Shown here in pieces: positions 52,911 to 64,000 of a DNA stretch of 64,000 nt. Numbering within the stretch: the stretch's first letter is position 1; every line of letters starts with the position of its first letter. This DNA is from Octopus sinensis. Lineage: Eukaryota. The stretch is taken from the NCBI RefSeq assembly GCF_006345805.1, contig NC_043006.1, positions 17,236,001-17,300,000 on the forward strand. The letters run 5' to 3'. The notes below the pieces were generated by a model. The model had not been told where the DNA came from. It was given only the letters and a program-made list of their open reading frames with translations, and ran no database searches. The translations under genes and the position numbers were made by a program.

Positions 52911-53175
52911 TCATGCTTTTGTGCAAATGTAAAAAGAAAAACGAAGAAAGACTTTTTTCATTGCGGTTTCATTTTTCATTCCCATAATGAAGCAGTGGTA
53001 AGATACTACAGAGATTGTTAATTAAGCTAAAGAAGAGAATGTTAATTAGTGTGTTATTGTTCTGACAATAAAGAAAAATAAAATTAAAGCATACCTAACA
53101 TGTATGGGTAGACTCACACTGGGAGAAAGAATTTTACATCCCCTGTATGAAACATGGGCTGTTGTTGCTATTGCT

Positions 53176-53208
<33 letters not shown>

Positions 53209-53667
53209 CTGTTGCTGTTGTTGTACTGCTGTTATTGTTGTTGTTATTGCTGTTGTTGTTGTTGTTATTGTTTAGCTTGATATCAGACCCTGATTCAAGC
53301 GACCCTAAAATCAGATAGTCAGGTCATGACTATCAAGTCTTTTATCTTTCACTCAAACACATGCTTGTGCATGTGCACACGTGTGCACACATACACACAC
53401 ACACATGCATGCACCCATGTACACACACACACATATAAACACACAAACCGGCATGGCTGTGTGGTTAAGAAGTAATGGTTTCCTACTTCGTGGTTTCAGG
53501 TACAATCCCACTGTGCAACATTTCCAGCAAGGGTCCTCTACTGTAGCCCTTCATTGACAATGTTTTGTAAGTGAATTTGGTCAGTAAAGGGCCATAGTAG
53601 AAGCCATTTATTCAAGGTGCTGCTCTGTGGGACTGAACCCACAGACAAAAACTGTGTGGAAGCCTAG

Positions 53668-53713
<46 letters not shown>

Positions 53714-54189
53714 TGTGTGTATGCATGTATATGTGTGTGTGTGTATGTGGCACGTAAAAAGCACCCACTACACTCTCGGAGTGGTTGGCATCAGGAAGGA
53801 CATCCAGCTGTAGAAACTCTGCCAGATCAGATTGGAGTCTGGTGCAGCCATCTGGTTCGCCAGTCCTCAATCAAATCGTCCAACCCATGCTAGCATGAAA
53901 AGCGGACGTTAAAAGACGATGATGATGTGAGAGAGAGAAATACAGGTAAATCAAATACCATACAGCTTAATTCTTGAGCTTCTGTGCTGGTTATGTGTAA
54001 GAGCACCCATGCCGGTAACACGTAAGAGGCATCCACTACACTCTTGGTGTGGTTGGCATTACGAAGGGCATCCAGCTGTAGAAACCATGCTAAATCAGCC
54101 TGGAACCTAGTGCAGCTCTCTGGCTTACCAGTTCCAGTCAAGTCATCTAACCCATGCTAGCATGGAAAGAGGACGTTAAACGATGATGG

Positions 54190-54220
<31 letters not shown>

Positions 54221-54770
54221 CTCTGCCTGTTGCCCCAAGAAGATAGAAACATGTCCACAACTGTGCTCTTATCTTCAGACAGTAAGCCTGTCAAATAATT
54301 ATGAAATAAATAAATTATAATTTCAGTTCTGCTTATTAGATTATGTTGAGCTACATACCTTTAAAAAGATGTGATGGCCATGATTGGATTACCTTTAGAT
54401 TACCTTTAGAAGAAGGTATTCAATTAAGGTGGCGAGCTGGCAGAAACGTTAGCAGGCCAGGCGAGATGCATAGCCGTATGTCGTTTGCCGTTGCGTTCTG
54501 AGTTCAAATTCCGCCGAGGTCGACTTTGCCTTTCATCCTTTCGGGGTCGATTAAATAAGTACCAGTTACGCACTGGGGTCGATATAATCGACTTAATCCG
54601 TTTGTCTGTCCTTCTTTGTCCTCTCTGTGTGTAGGCCCTTGTGGGTAGCAAAGAAATAGGTATTCAAGTGTGAAGCACATTTAACATGTTTCTATTGGAC
54701 CATACAGCTCACTATATTATTATGTCTTCAATAAGTCTTTGAGTAAATTGTGGTATTATGTTTGTTGCAG

Positions 54771-54840
54771 GTATTTGAAAGAAGGTGTCTTCTGTTTTGA
54801 GGATACCTTCCTCATTCTTTCCCTTCCGTATCAGGGATAA
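54771..54840 (+). CDS. Candidate terminal coding exon (YLKEGVFCFEDTFLILSLPYQG*), gene unidentified
   Basis: Acceptor tatgtttgttgcag; protein-like frame to TAA; unique sequence. Confidence 0.35.
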
Positions 54841-54937
54841 TGGAAACAATGACTAGAACAGCTAAGCTAAAAAAGGGGGGAATTTATACCTGATCTGGTA
54901 AAAATAACACTCAAATTTTTATTGAACTATACCTTAA

Positions 54938-55643
54938 CCCTTTCATTACTGTATTTATTTTGAGATGCTCTCTGTTTCTTTCAATTACTTTAAATATCAC
55001 AAAGAATTTAGTAAAATAACTTAGTTATCAATAAGCTAGTGATAGGAACATAATTTGTGACTGAGGTTTAATAGAAGATTTTAATTCAAAACTTATGAAA
55101 ACAAGACATTTTGTACTCAGAGCCAAAGCCAGTTTCAGCCGGGTTGGTATCAAAAGGGTTAATGTCATTAAAACAAAAACAAAAACAAAAAAAAAACTAG
55201 CAAAAAACAGAAAAAGACAAGATGGTTAGAAGTGGACCCTCTATATAATTGCTAGATCTGCTAGAAACAGCAGTAAGATCTTTTTTAAATCATACTGCAT
55301 TGTCTTAAAAAGGAATGAGATGGTAACAAATGGTTCGGGTTTGGCTTAGGAAATCTCTGTGTAGTCACTAGATCTGTTAGAAATAACAGTCAACATCCCT
55401 TAAATCACATCTTACTATCTTAACCCTTTCATTACTGTATTTATTTTGAGATGCTCTGTGTTTCTTTCAATTATTTTAAATATAACAAAGAATTTAGTAA
55501 AATAACTTAGTTATCATTAAGCTAGTATTAGGAATATAAATTGCGACTAAGGTTTGGTGGTATATTTTGATGCAAAACTTATGAAAACAAGACATTTGTA
55601 CTACAGAGCCAGAGCCAGTTTTGGCCAGGTTGGTAAGGAAAGG
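54938..55643. mobile_element. Two TTAA piggyBac-type MITEs (54938-55158, 55424-55643)
   Basis: TTAA-CCCTTTC...AAAGGG-TTAA termini. Confidence 0.85.
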
Positions 55644-56483
55644 GTTAATTAAGGAAAAGACACACATTCTAGGATGGCTATGGCTGGAATGTCTTTGATT
55701 ATAGGTTTACTTAATCCTGTTTGATCAAAAGATAAACAACATCGTGTAGGCTGTGCTGATGAACTAAAAGGAAATCCAATTAATATATAGATAAATTAGA
55801 ATTACACGATAGTAAGAAGATACAAGAATTTGGTGTCAAAAGTTTTTTTTTTTTCTTTTTGATGAAGTTTATATGAAATTTACTCATGATTAATGGTCTT
55901 TGGCAAAATTTATACTCATGCTAATGAAGTGTTCTCAAAGTAAGCCAATATTGAATTATAATTCTATTGATGCTTCATTGCCAGATAAAATCATCTGTTG
56001 ATTCCATATGAAATGAAACCATTTACCGTTTTGACACCAACCCACCTGACATTGCTCCTTGGTTTTAAGATACAAACTTCTTGCTTTAAATTTTCTATAT
56101 AAATATATTTAACCCTTCATCATCATCATCATCATCATCGTTTAACATCTGTTTTCCATGCTAGTATGGGTTGGACAGTTCGACTGGGGTCTGGGAAGCC
56201 AGGAGGTTGCACCAGGCTCTGATCTGGTAGTGTTTCGACAGCTGGATGCCCTTCCTAATCCCAACCACTCTGTGAGTGTAGTGTTCATCACCAAAGTGGT
56301 TTTAGGATATCAATTCTGCTGTGGTGGGCAGGTCTTCTTGAGTACAGCAAAATGCCAGATATCGCTGTACTTTGTCATTCCTTTATAAGGCTCAGCATCT
56401 TGAGATCAGCCTTCAGTACTTCCTGCCATTTCTTCTTGGGTTTCCCTCTCCTACAAGTACACACGCACGCATGCGCACACACA

Positions 56484-56526
<43 letters not shown>

Positions 56527-56982
56527 CATATTCTCTTATTCTTTTACTGGTTTCAGTCATTTGACTGTGGTCATGCTGGAGCACTGTCTTAAAGGCTTTT
56601 AGTCGAACAAATTGACCTCATGAATTATTTTTTGAGCCTGGTACTTTTTCTATTGGTTTCAGCTCAAGGAGCTAGTAGAAGGCTCTTGCCCAAGGTGCCA
56701 TGCAGTGGAACTGAACCCAGAACCATGTGGTTGGGAAATACTTAGCATGACTGTATGGTATAGAAGTTTGACTTCCCGACCTCATGGTCAGTCATGCTGT
56801 ATGGCATCTTGGACTAGTGTCTTCTACTACAGCCTTGTGATTGCTGAAACTAAAAGATGACCAATTTTTGTGTGTGTATGTGTGTGTGTGTGTATGTGTG
56901 TGTGTGTGTATGTGTGTGTGTGTGTATGTGTGTGTGTGTGTATGTGTGTGTGTGCGTGCGTGTGTATGTGTGTGTGTGTGTA

Positions 56983-57032
<50 letters not shown>

Positions 57033-58451
57033 GATAATAATAATATGAGGGAATATTATTCCAAACTTACAGGGAAAACTTCAATTTAGAAATGCTAAAT
57101 CAAATTTCACAAAATATAATATATATATATATATAAATTAGAAAAAACCCCACCTTTTATCAATTCAAAAAGGAAAAATTAAGTTACACCATCTAGAAAA
57201 TTACATATTATAGAGAAATTAAATATAAGATAAAAAATATAACGATGATTAAGTAATGTGCAAAATAATAAATAAAACATACACACACACACCTATGTTT
57301 CTCTCTATCTATCTTCATGCACACACACACCCGCATATAACTGGTTTCTGTACAGCTTCGGTGTACCTTATTCCCTTTAGTAAACCGAAGGCTATAGTGA
57401 AAAACACTTGCCCAAAATGCCACCTACCAGGATCAAGCCTGAAGCCACATGACTGCAAAGTAAGTTTCTTAACCACATGGTCATACCTACACCTTAGAAT
57501 ATTCTCAGAAAACCAGGAGATATCTGCTAAGAACTTCAAGAGAAAATGATATTTATTACCTGTCTTCTCATTAAGTAAACTTGTCATTTTTTTTTATATT
57601 TCTGAAAGCTTTCTTAGATAAATAAGTAATATTTTTGTCTGGATTCAGGCACCATTTTCTTGTCTATATGTAATTCATCTACAACAGAATATTCAGTTGA
57701 ATTATTTTTGAATGATATGTCTTTGATTGTCACTTTGAATAACTGTTCATTGCAATAAAAAAAAAAGAGAGCAAAGCTGAAATACAGTTTAGCTCATTAA
57801 ACAGTAGATATGTATAAGATGTGATCTGTTTGACAAGTTACCATCAGTCCATCTACAGGGGAAAAAGAGAGAGAGAGAGAGAGAGATGTTAACTCTTGAG
57901 TGGCAACTATGAATATTGGAAGTGAGTTCATTTGTCAAAAGCTATTTTAAAGAATATAGATAAAAAATTGGATCAATAGAGCCATATGAATAATCTTTAC
58001 TTACTTCCTAAACTAAAATTCGATACATTTGTGTGTCATTTTCAAAGCTTACAGAAAAAGAATTGGTTTCTAATATGGTCGAAACCCAGAGAGCAAAACT
58101 TCTATGACTTAATGCCTTGAGATTTAATATTGGTAGTTCTACAAGAACTATACAAACTTTTGTTTCTAAATCTATCGAAACTAATTTAATGAAAAATGTG
58201 TGTGTATTTTTAGAAGCAAATTTTTATTAATTGAGTAAAGATGTGACATGTAGATGTCTATTATTTATAAATTCTTCATCTCTTTTGTATACAAGTCAAT
58301 GCTAGATGGTTTGGCTTGTTTACTCTAATGTAGGTTTGGAAGAGATGATGTAAGAGAAAAATAAAGTGTAACATATTTGTTATTTATTTTCAAACTAATA
58401 AGAAATCAATATGGTTCTAAGAGTAAGCTATTTCACATATATATATACATA

Positions 58452-58514
<63 letters not shown>

Positions 58515-58540
58515 ACTTATATATATATAATATATATATA

Positions 58541-58891
58541 GGCACAGGAGTTCCGGGTTCAGTCCCACTGCGTGGCATCTTGGGCAAGTGTCTTCTGCTA
58601 TAGCCTCGGGCCGACCAATGCCTTGTGAGTGGATTTGGTTGACGGAAACTGAAAGAAGCTTGTCGTATATATGTATATATATATATGTGTGTGTGTGTCT
58701 GTGTTTGTTACCCTAGCATTGCTTGACAACCGATGCTAGTGTGTTTACGTCCCCGTCACTTAGCGGTTTGGCAAAAGAGACCGATAGAATAAGTACTGGG
58801 CTTACAAAGAATAAGCCCCGGGGTCGATTTGCTCGAATAAAGGCGGCGCTCCAGTATGACCGCAGTCAAATGACTGAAACAAGTAAAAGAG
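58541..58891 (+). mobile_element. SINE family S1 in (TA)n, with a deletion in the head
   Basis: Match to S1. Confidence 0.85.
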
Positions 58892-58932
58892 TATATATAT
58901 ATTTATATATATATATATATAATATATATATA

Positions 58933-58992
<60 letters not shown>

Positions 58993-59127
58993 TATGCATG
59001 ACTCAAGTTAGAGAAGTGGTGCGTATTACATGCAAGGTTTAGGTTTTTCAGAAGTACAGACCCCTAAAAATCCCCTGCGTATTATACTCAAGGGCAGACT
59101 ATACTCGAGGATTTACGGTATATATAT

Positions 59128-59345
59128 ATGGAATGGCATCCATTAGTCTTGAAAGACTATGGATCTGCATCTTGGATTGGATTTGGTGCTGCAAATGTGG
59201 TTGGTCGGTTGGTCATTTGTTGGTGGTTTGGTCTTCCTCTGTCTCCGTCTGTTCTCTGCTGTCTGACGTATGTGATCTTCTCTTTCCCTCAGGGTGGTAC
59301 TCAGCATCTCTCTCCAGCAGGAATGATCTTTTGCCATGTTCTTTT
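59128..59345 (-). mobile_element. 3' end of an RTE-type LINE
   Basis: AKDHSCWREML...AENRRRQRK...HICS...SIVFQD*; typical RTE C-terminus. Confidence 0.6.
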
Positions 59346-59364
59346 AGGTTTTTTTTATTCACGC

Positions 59365-59740
59365 TCATGGCCTAAAAAAATGCCCTTATGGCGTGTGTCT
59401 CAAAGAGTATCTGACAGCCAAGTCCAGCTCCTGGCCTTCTCATGTGGCCTATCACCTGGGCCCGGCGGAACTGTTACTACTGACAGGAGAAGTGACAAGG
59501 GCAAGTTACTGGTGCCCCAAAACCAGTGCTTTGGGTAGATGGGACCGGTTAGCCCTGGAAGGCAACCCATCTATGAGAAGGAAAACTCTGACTCCAAACC
59601 CCACTGCTTTATGGTGAAACCCATCATGGGAAATGTTTGGGGAGAAAACACTGAGGAAAAATCCAGAGCTGGACTCCTGAAGGTAGTTTGAAATTGTACT
59701 CAACCTAACTCTGGCATGGTTCGTAAGGTTGTCAAACCAG
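59365..59740 (+). mobile_element. Probable LINE 5' UTR-derived segment containing an HDV-like fold candidate
   Basis: GC-rich block with gatggg...ggcaacccatctatgagaaggaaaactctga; pseudoknot-compatible pairings at 59417-59489. Confidence 0.45.
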
Positions 59741-59971
59741 GGTATGGGGTGGGAATAAGCTCCTACATATATGCGTTAATCACATTTGGTAAAAAAGGCT
59801 TATTGATGTGTTTTGTTTCTTTTTTTTTTCCCTGACAAGATGATTGCATTGTTTTACATTATTTTATTCCCTCCAGAATAATATCAATGTTTTCTTTGAA
59901 ACATATGTTGGAAGTATAAAGATTTGAATAATGTGCGCTTAACTCCATTTCTTAATTTATATATATATATA

Positions 59972-60360
59972 CTAGCAGTATCGCCCGGCGTTGCTCAGGT
60001 TTGTTTTGACCCTTTAGAATTGGAATTTTTGAAAAGTAAAAATTTTGCATCATGTAGCTTGTTATTCTCCTTAAGTGAACATTTTTCTGGTTGAAATACA
60101 GCGAGAAATGGCGTTACAGCAGTAAAAAGATCGTAAAAAATAGGGATTTTCATAGAAAAAAAGCACCTTTTTGATGTAAATAATTTTTAGTGTTAACATG
60201 GTCCGATTTGAATTTTATCTTCCACGGAATAAAGAGCAAGCCTTCTTCTATCATACTCTCAATTTTGGTCAACTTGCACCGCAGGGCCTCGGAGGAGATA
60301 GTGTTAGTTGAAGGCTACCAAACCTGCCATAACAGACAACTTCAGCTTTATACATATAGA
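59972..60360 (-). mobile_element. Non-autonomous Helitron
   Basis: Same ctagcagtatcgcccggcgttgctc terminus as 20566; A|TC 5' end at 60360; different internal sequence. Confidence 0.8.
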
Positions 60361-61337
60361 TATGTATGTATGTATATATGTATGTATGTATATTCATATG
60401 TATGTATATATAGTGCAGCAATAAGTTTTTGGCAGCTTTAATCCATCACCTGATTTTAATTCACAGCCGGACATCGTTTATTTTCATTTGTGTTGCTAAT
60501 GCCTTTGTCAAAGACTTGATGACTATGAAACTATCCAATTCCTTTCTTGTAAATGATCATGTCAGTGTGAAGCAGCCACATTATATTTCGTTGATAGCAC
60601 TGTACATCACCACACACTTTCTGCCATTACTTCATAGCAATTTTTTCATGATAATTTGTTATCTATTCACAATAATTTGTTATCTATACAATGACAAAAA
60701 TGTATATATGTAGTCATAGATGTTGGTATTGCTTTGAGGTTAACTTGTTCGCCTTTCCAATTACTTGGCATGTCTTCTACTATAGTCCAAAGCTGAACAA
60801 TGCCTTATGAATGAATTTGATAGACAGACATTGAAAGAAGTTCTTCACTGTGTGTATGTGTGAGCATGTGTGCATGCACACACACATGTATATATGTATG
60901 CATGTATTATATGCTTTGACAATGGATTACCTCACTGTCTGCTTTGAATACTTCTGTCTAGCCAGCTAATGGCTTACTTTAAATTGATAAGCCTCGATCC
61001 TTTATGGATCTAATGTATCTGGAAATATATATATATATATATATAGATAGATAGATAGATATGTGTGCAATAGACTGGGAGATTCTTACCTTGCCTGGAA
61101 ACAACTCGTGGTTGGCAACAGGAAGGATGTCTGACTGTAGAAAAACACTGCATTCAACATACTCTTGACTAACCCAATCAAGCATAGAAAAATAGATGGT
61201 AAAGTGAGGATGATGATGGTGGTGGTGTTGGTGGTGATGGAGGAGGTGGTAGTGGATAAGTACATGCACTTTAACGATTAAAACAATGATGTGTACATTA
61301 TGTGTAACACATTTATACTCCAAAAGATATCAGCAGA

Positions 61338-61384
61338 CTGTCAGACACCCATGTTTCGACATGATTTTCTCTTCTCAGTGACAG
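61338..61384 (-). ncRNA. Degenerate type I hammerhead ribozyme motif
   Basis: Reverse complement: CTGTCA CTGAGAA GA-gaaaatcatg-TC GAAA CAT gg GTG TC TGACAG; 6 bp stem I, GUC triplet, one core mismatch. Confidence 0.5.
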
Positions 61385-63269
61385 GTACCAGCTCAGCTCT
61401 TAGGACTTCTATTTCTTGGAACTTCTACTTCTATTGAGGGATCAGGAAACAAGGCATTTGCTTATGTGTGCAAAAGATTGCCATGCTTAAACTTAAATTA
61501 GCATGTATGCAGGCATTAAAATAACGATGTGTTCATCATTTATAACATGACAGTCTGCTAATGTTATTTGAAGCATGTCATATAAGAAGTTGTTCTTTAG
61601 GAGTAAACCTTACAGCAAGTGCCACTCTGCATATAAATGATGTCCTATCATTACATATTTAATAGTAAAGTCAGCACTTGTAAACATAATAAACCAAGAA
61701 ATTTTAATTTATTTAACTTAAGGATGAGAATAAATCTAAATATTCAGTGCTGGTAAAAAATGGCAGGGGAGACAACTTCAATGTTTTAATGAGGTAATGT
61801 GGCCATTGCCTATGTTGTGTAACTAGCACCTATGCCGGTGGCATGTAAAAAGCAGTTTTTGAGTTTTGGGCCTCATGGAGGCAATGACAAATAACCAAGA
61901 TTTGTTGGCAAATAACCAAGAATCGGCAATATGCCATGCTTGAGTAGAAGACCCATCAATCCAAGTGAAATCGTAGTTGTGGCAGATACTGGTGTCACAC
62001 AACTGGCACGTAAAAGCACACATTACCCTCTCAGAGTGGTTGGTGTTAGGAAGGGCATCCAGTTGTAGAAACCATGTCAATCAGACTGGAGTCTGGTGCA
62101 GCCCTCAGCTTGCCAGCCTTGGTCAAACTGTCCAACCCATGCTAGCATGGACAACGGACATTAAATGATAATGATGATGATAATGATGATTATGATGATC
62201 AAATGCAAAGTAGATTGAGTTTGATATCTGATATTATGGTAACTTTGTTGGGCATTTTTTCAGAATTATTAGCTTGCATCATCAAAGTAATAGTTTAATT
62301 GTAATGGCTGAATCTTAGAATGACAAGATAGATATAAGTTTTCCATCAGTGAATTTTAAGTAGCATGATAACTTGAAAAAAATTGCCACGGCATTTTGCA
62401 GAATAAGTCAAAAAAAAAAAAAAAAAAAGAAAAGATAAACCTCTGATGATTAAATAGTATTGATTTTAATATATATTAATTAAACTTCTACTCATTATCA
62501 AAATATAATTTTAATTTCAAGCCAAAACAAATGTTTTGTTTGATAGATGCAGGAATTCAAATGACATTCTTAAATAAAGTAGCTCTATTAGAATGGTAAA
62601 AAAAAAAATTTCCACTGAAATGTCATATCGTTAGGTCATGTTATTTTTAACCATTATAGGATTAAATCAAAATGAAATGCACACATACATATATACATAT
62701 ATACATAAATACATACATATACACATACATATGTACACGCACACACACACATTTGTATATAGGACAAACAAGATTAGGAGAGAAAAATGAATTCTAAAGA
62801 TTCCAAGATTATATTTACAGAAGGATTCCTGCATTTGCTTCTTCATATTTTTTTTTCCGTTATAGCTTAAGCATTTAAGAATATTGTGTGGGAGTACTGT
62901 TCATTAAATGTAAGATTTTCATTTCGCATATATTTGAACTGCTTACAAACATATATTCTGTAATTTTTATGATTATTGTCATTTCAATGAATTTAGAATT
63001 ATTTTTGACAGGTGATATGCCTTAGAAAAGGAAATTTCTAGAGCTTTTAGCTGAAAAAATCAAAAAATCATGAACACTTCCCTAATTCAATAACAACCAT
63101 CTTAAACTGATGATTGCAGAGATTTGCTTTTAGTTTACTGAAAATTTAAAAGATGTGGCCTAGTGGTTAGGTTGTTTGGCTCATGATCAATAGATTGTGG
63201 GTTCAATTCTTATTATTATCACTGCATAAAATACATGGCATCACCATTAAGTTCAGGTAAAAGGCTATG

Positions 63270-63490
63270 GTGGTCAGTATTAAGACTGACTATCCATGAG
63301 AACTCCTATATGCTAATGATCTAGCTCTCATTGCTGAATTTATTGGGAAATTATAGAGGAGATTCCAGGCATGGAAGTTAAACCTAGAACCAAGAGACCT
63401 CATGGTAAACTTAGCAAAGACTAAAGTTTAGTGAATAGTAAAGAAGATAGGAGCCTGATATCTTCAGTGAAATGGCTTTGCTTGATATTC
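63270..63490 (+). pseudogene. LINE (RTE-like) RT fragment
   Basis: ELLYANDLALIAE...FQAWKLNLE...LMVNLAKTKV (YADD region). Confidence 0.7.
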
Positions 63491-63837
63491 AGTTGGTGCT
63501 CCAGTTTCCTCAGCTGTAATGAGTTCCAGCTGAGTGCTGGTGCAGCCCTCTCTCCCTACTGCTGTTACGTCTTGGCAATTACACTGAGTCAAGGACTGGA
63601 AGGCCGAGAGGGTTTCTGTGTCTGTTTGCAGCTAGAAAGACAGCCAAAACAATTAGCAAAAACATGGTACATGTTACCAAGCCGTATTTACCTGCAAGAA
63701 GAATAGAAAAATATTAAATGTATATAAGAAAGACATTATTCAGTAATACAATCTGAGAATTTATAAAGTTTATGTTATTCCCTTCATTTCATTTTCTTCT
63801 ACGTCTTTTTTAGTTTTAGTTTTAATTTAATGCTAGT

Positions 63838-64000
63838 CATCATCATCATCATCATCGTTTAACGTCCGCCTCCCATGCTAGCATGGGTTGGACGATTTTG
63901 ACTGAAGGCTGGCGAACCAGATGGCCGCACCAGGCTCCAATCTTGATCTGGCAGAGTTTCTACAGCTGGATGCTCTTCCTAATGCCAACCACTCCGAGAG
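63838..64000 (-). mobile_element. Family S4 element, truncated by window edge
   Basis: (cat)n tail followed by reverse-complement S4. Confidence 0.85.

Noticed and set aside
52367-53021. CRISPR-like periodic array and 206 aa ORF
   Set aside because: Inter-repeat segments are repeated rather than unique spacers, there are no cas genes, the context is eukaryotic, and frames are open only because the repeat lacks stops

Overview
AT-rich, microsatellite-dense eukaryotic DNA, mostly intronic or intergenic. The repeat landscape (tRNA-derived CORE- and Meta-type SINEs; abundant TA/TG/AAT/GAT tracts) suggests an octopus genome; this is an inference. No complete protein-coding gene is present. Nearly all ORFs in the track are microsatellite or SINE artefacts, and only a few short plus-strand candidate exons of an unidentified gene are visible. 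Transposable elements dominate: a full-length dead mariner, a maT (DD37D) element, a decayed Ty3/gypsy element with both LTRs and a TSD, RTE, R4/Dong and Penelope-like (PLE) remnants, two non-autonomous Helitrons, TTAA MITEs and dozens of SINEs. The most notable signal is a set of five unrelated short repeats that each carry a type I hammerhead ribozyme motif, three convincing and two degenerate. They include a G3:C8 covariant core and a tRNA-headed SINE ending in a hammerhead. Several have 12-15 bp TSDs and 5' inverted segments, the insertion signature of PLEs. This suggests ribozyme-bearing non-autonomous retroelements mobilised by Penelope-like machinery.
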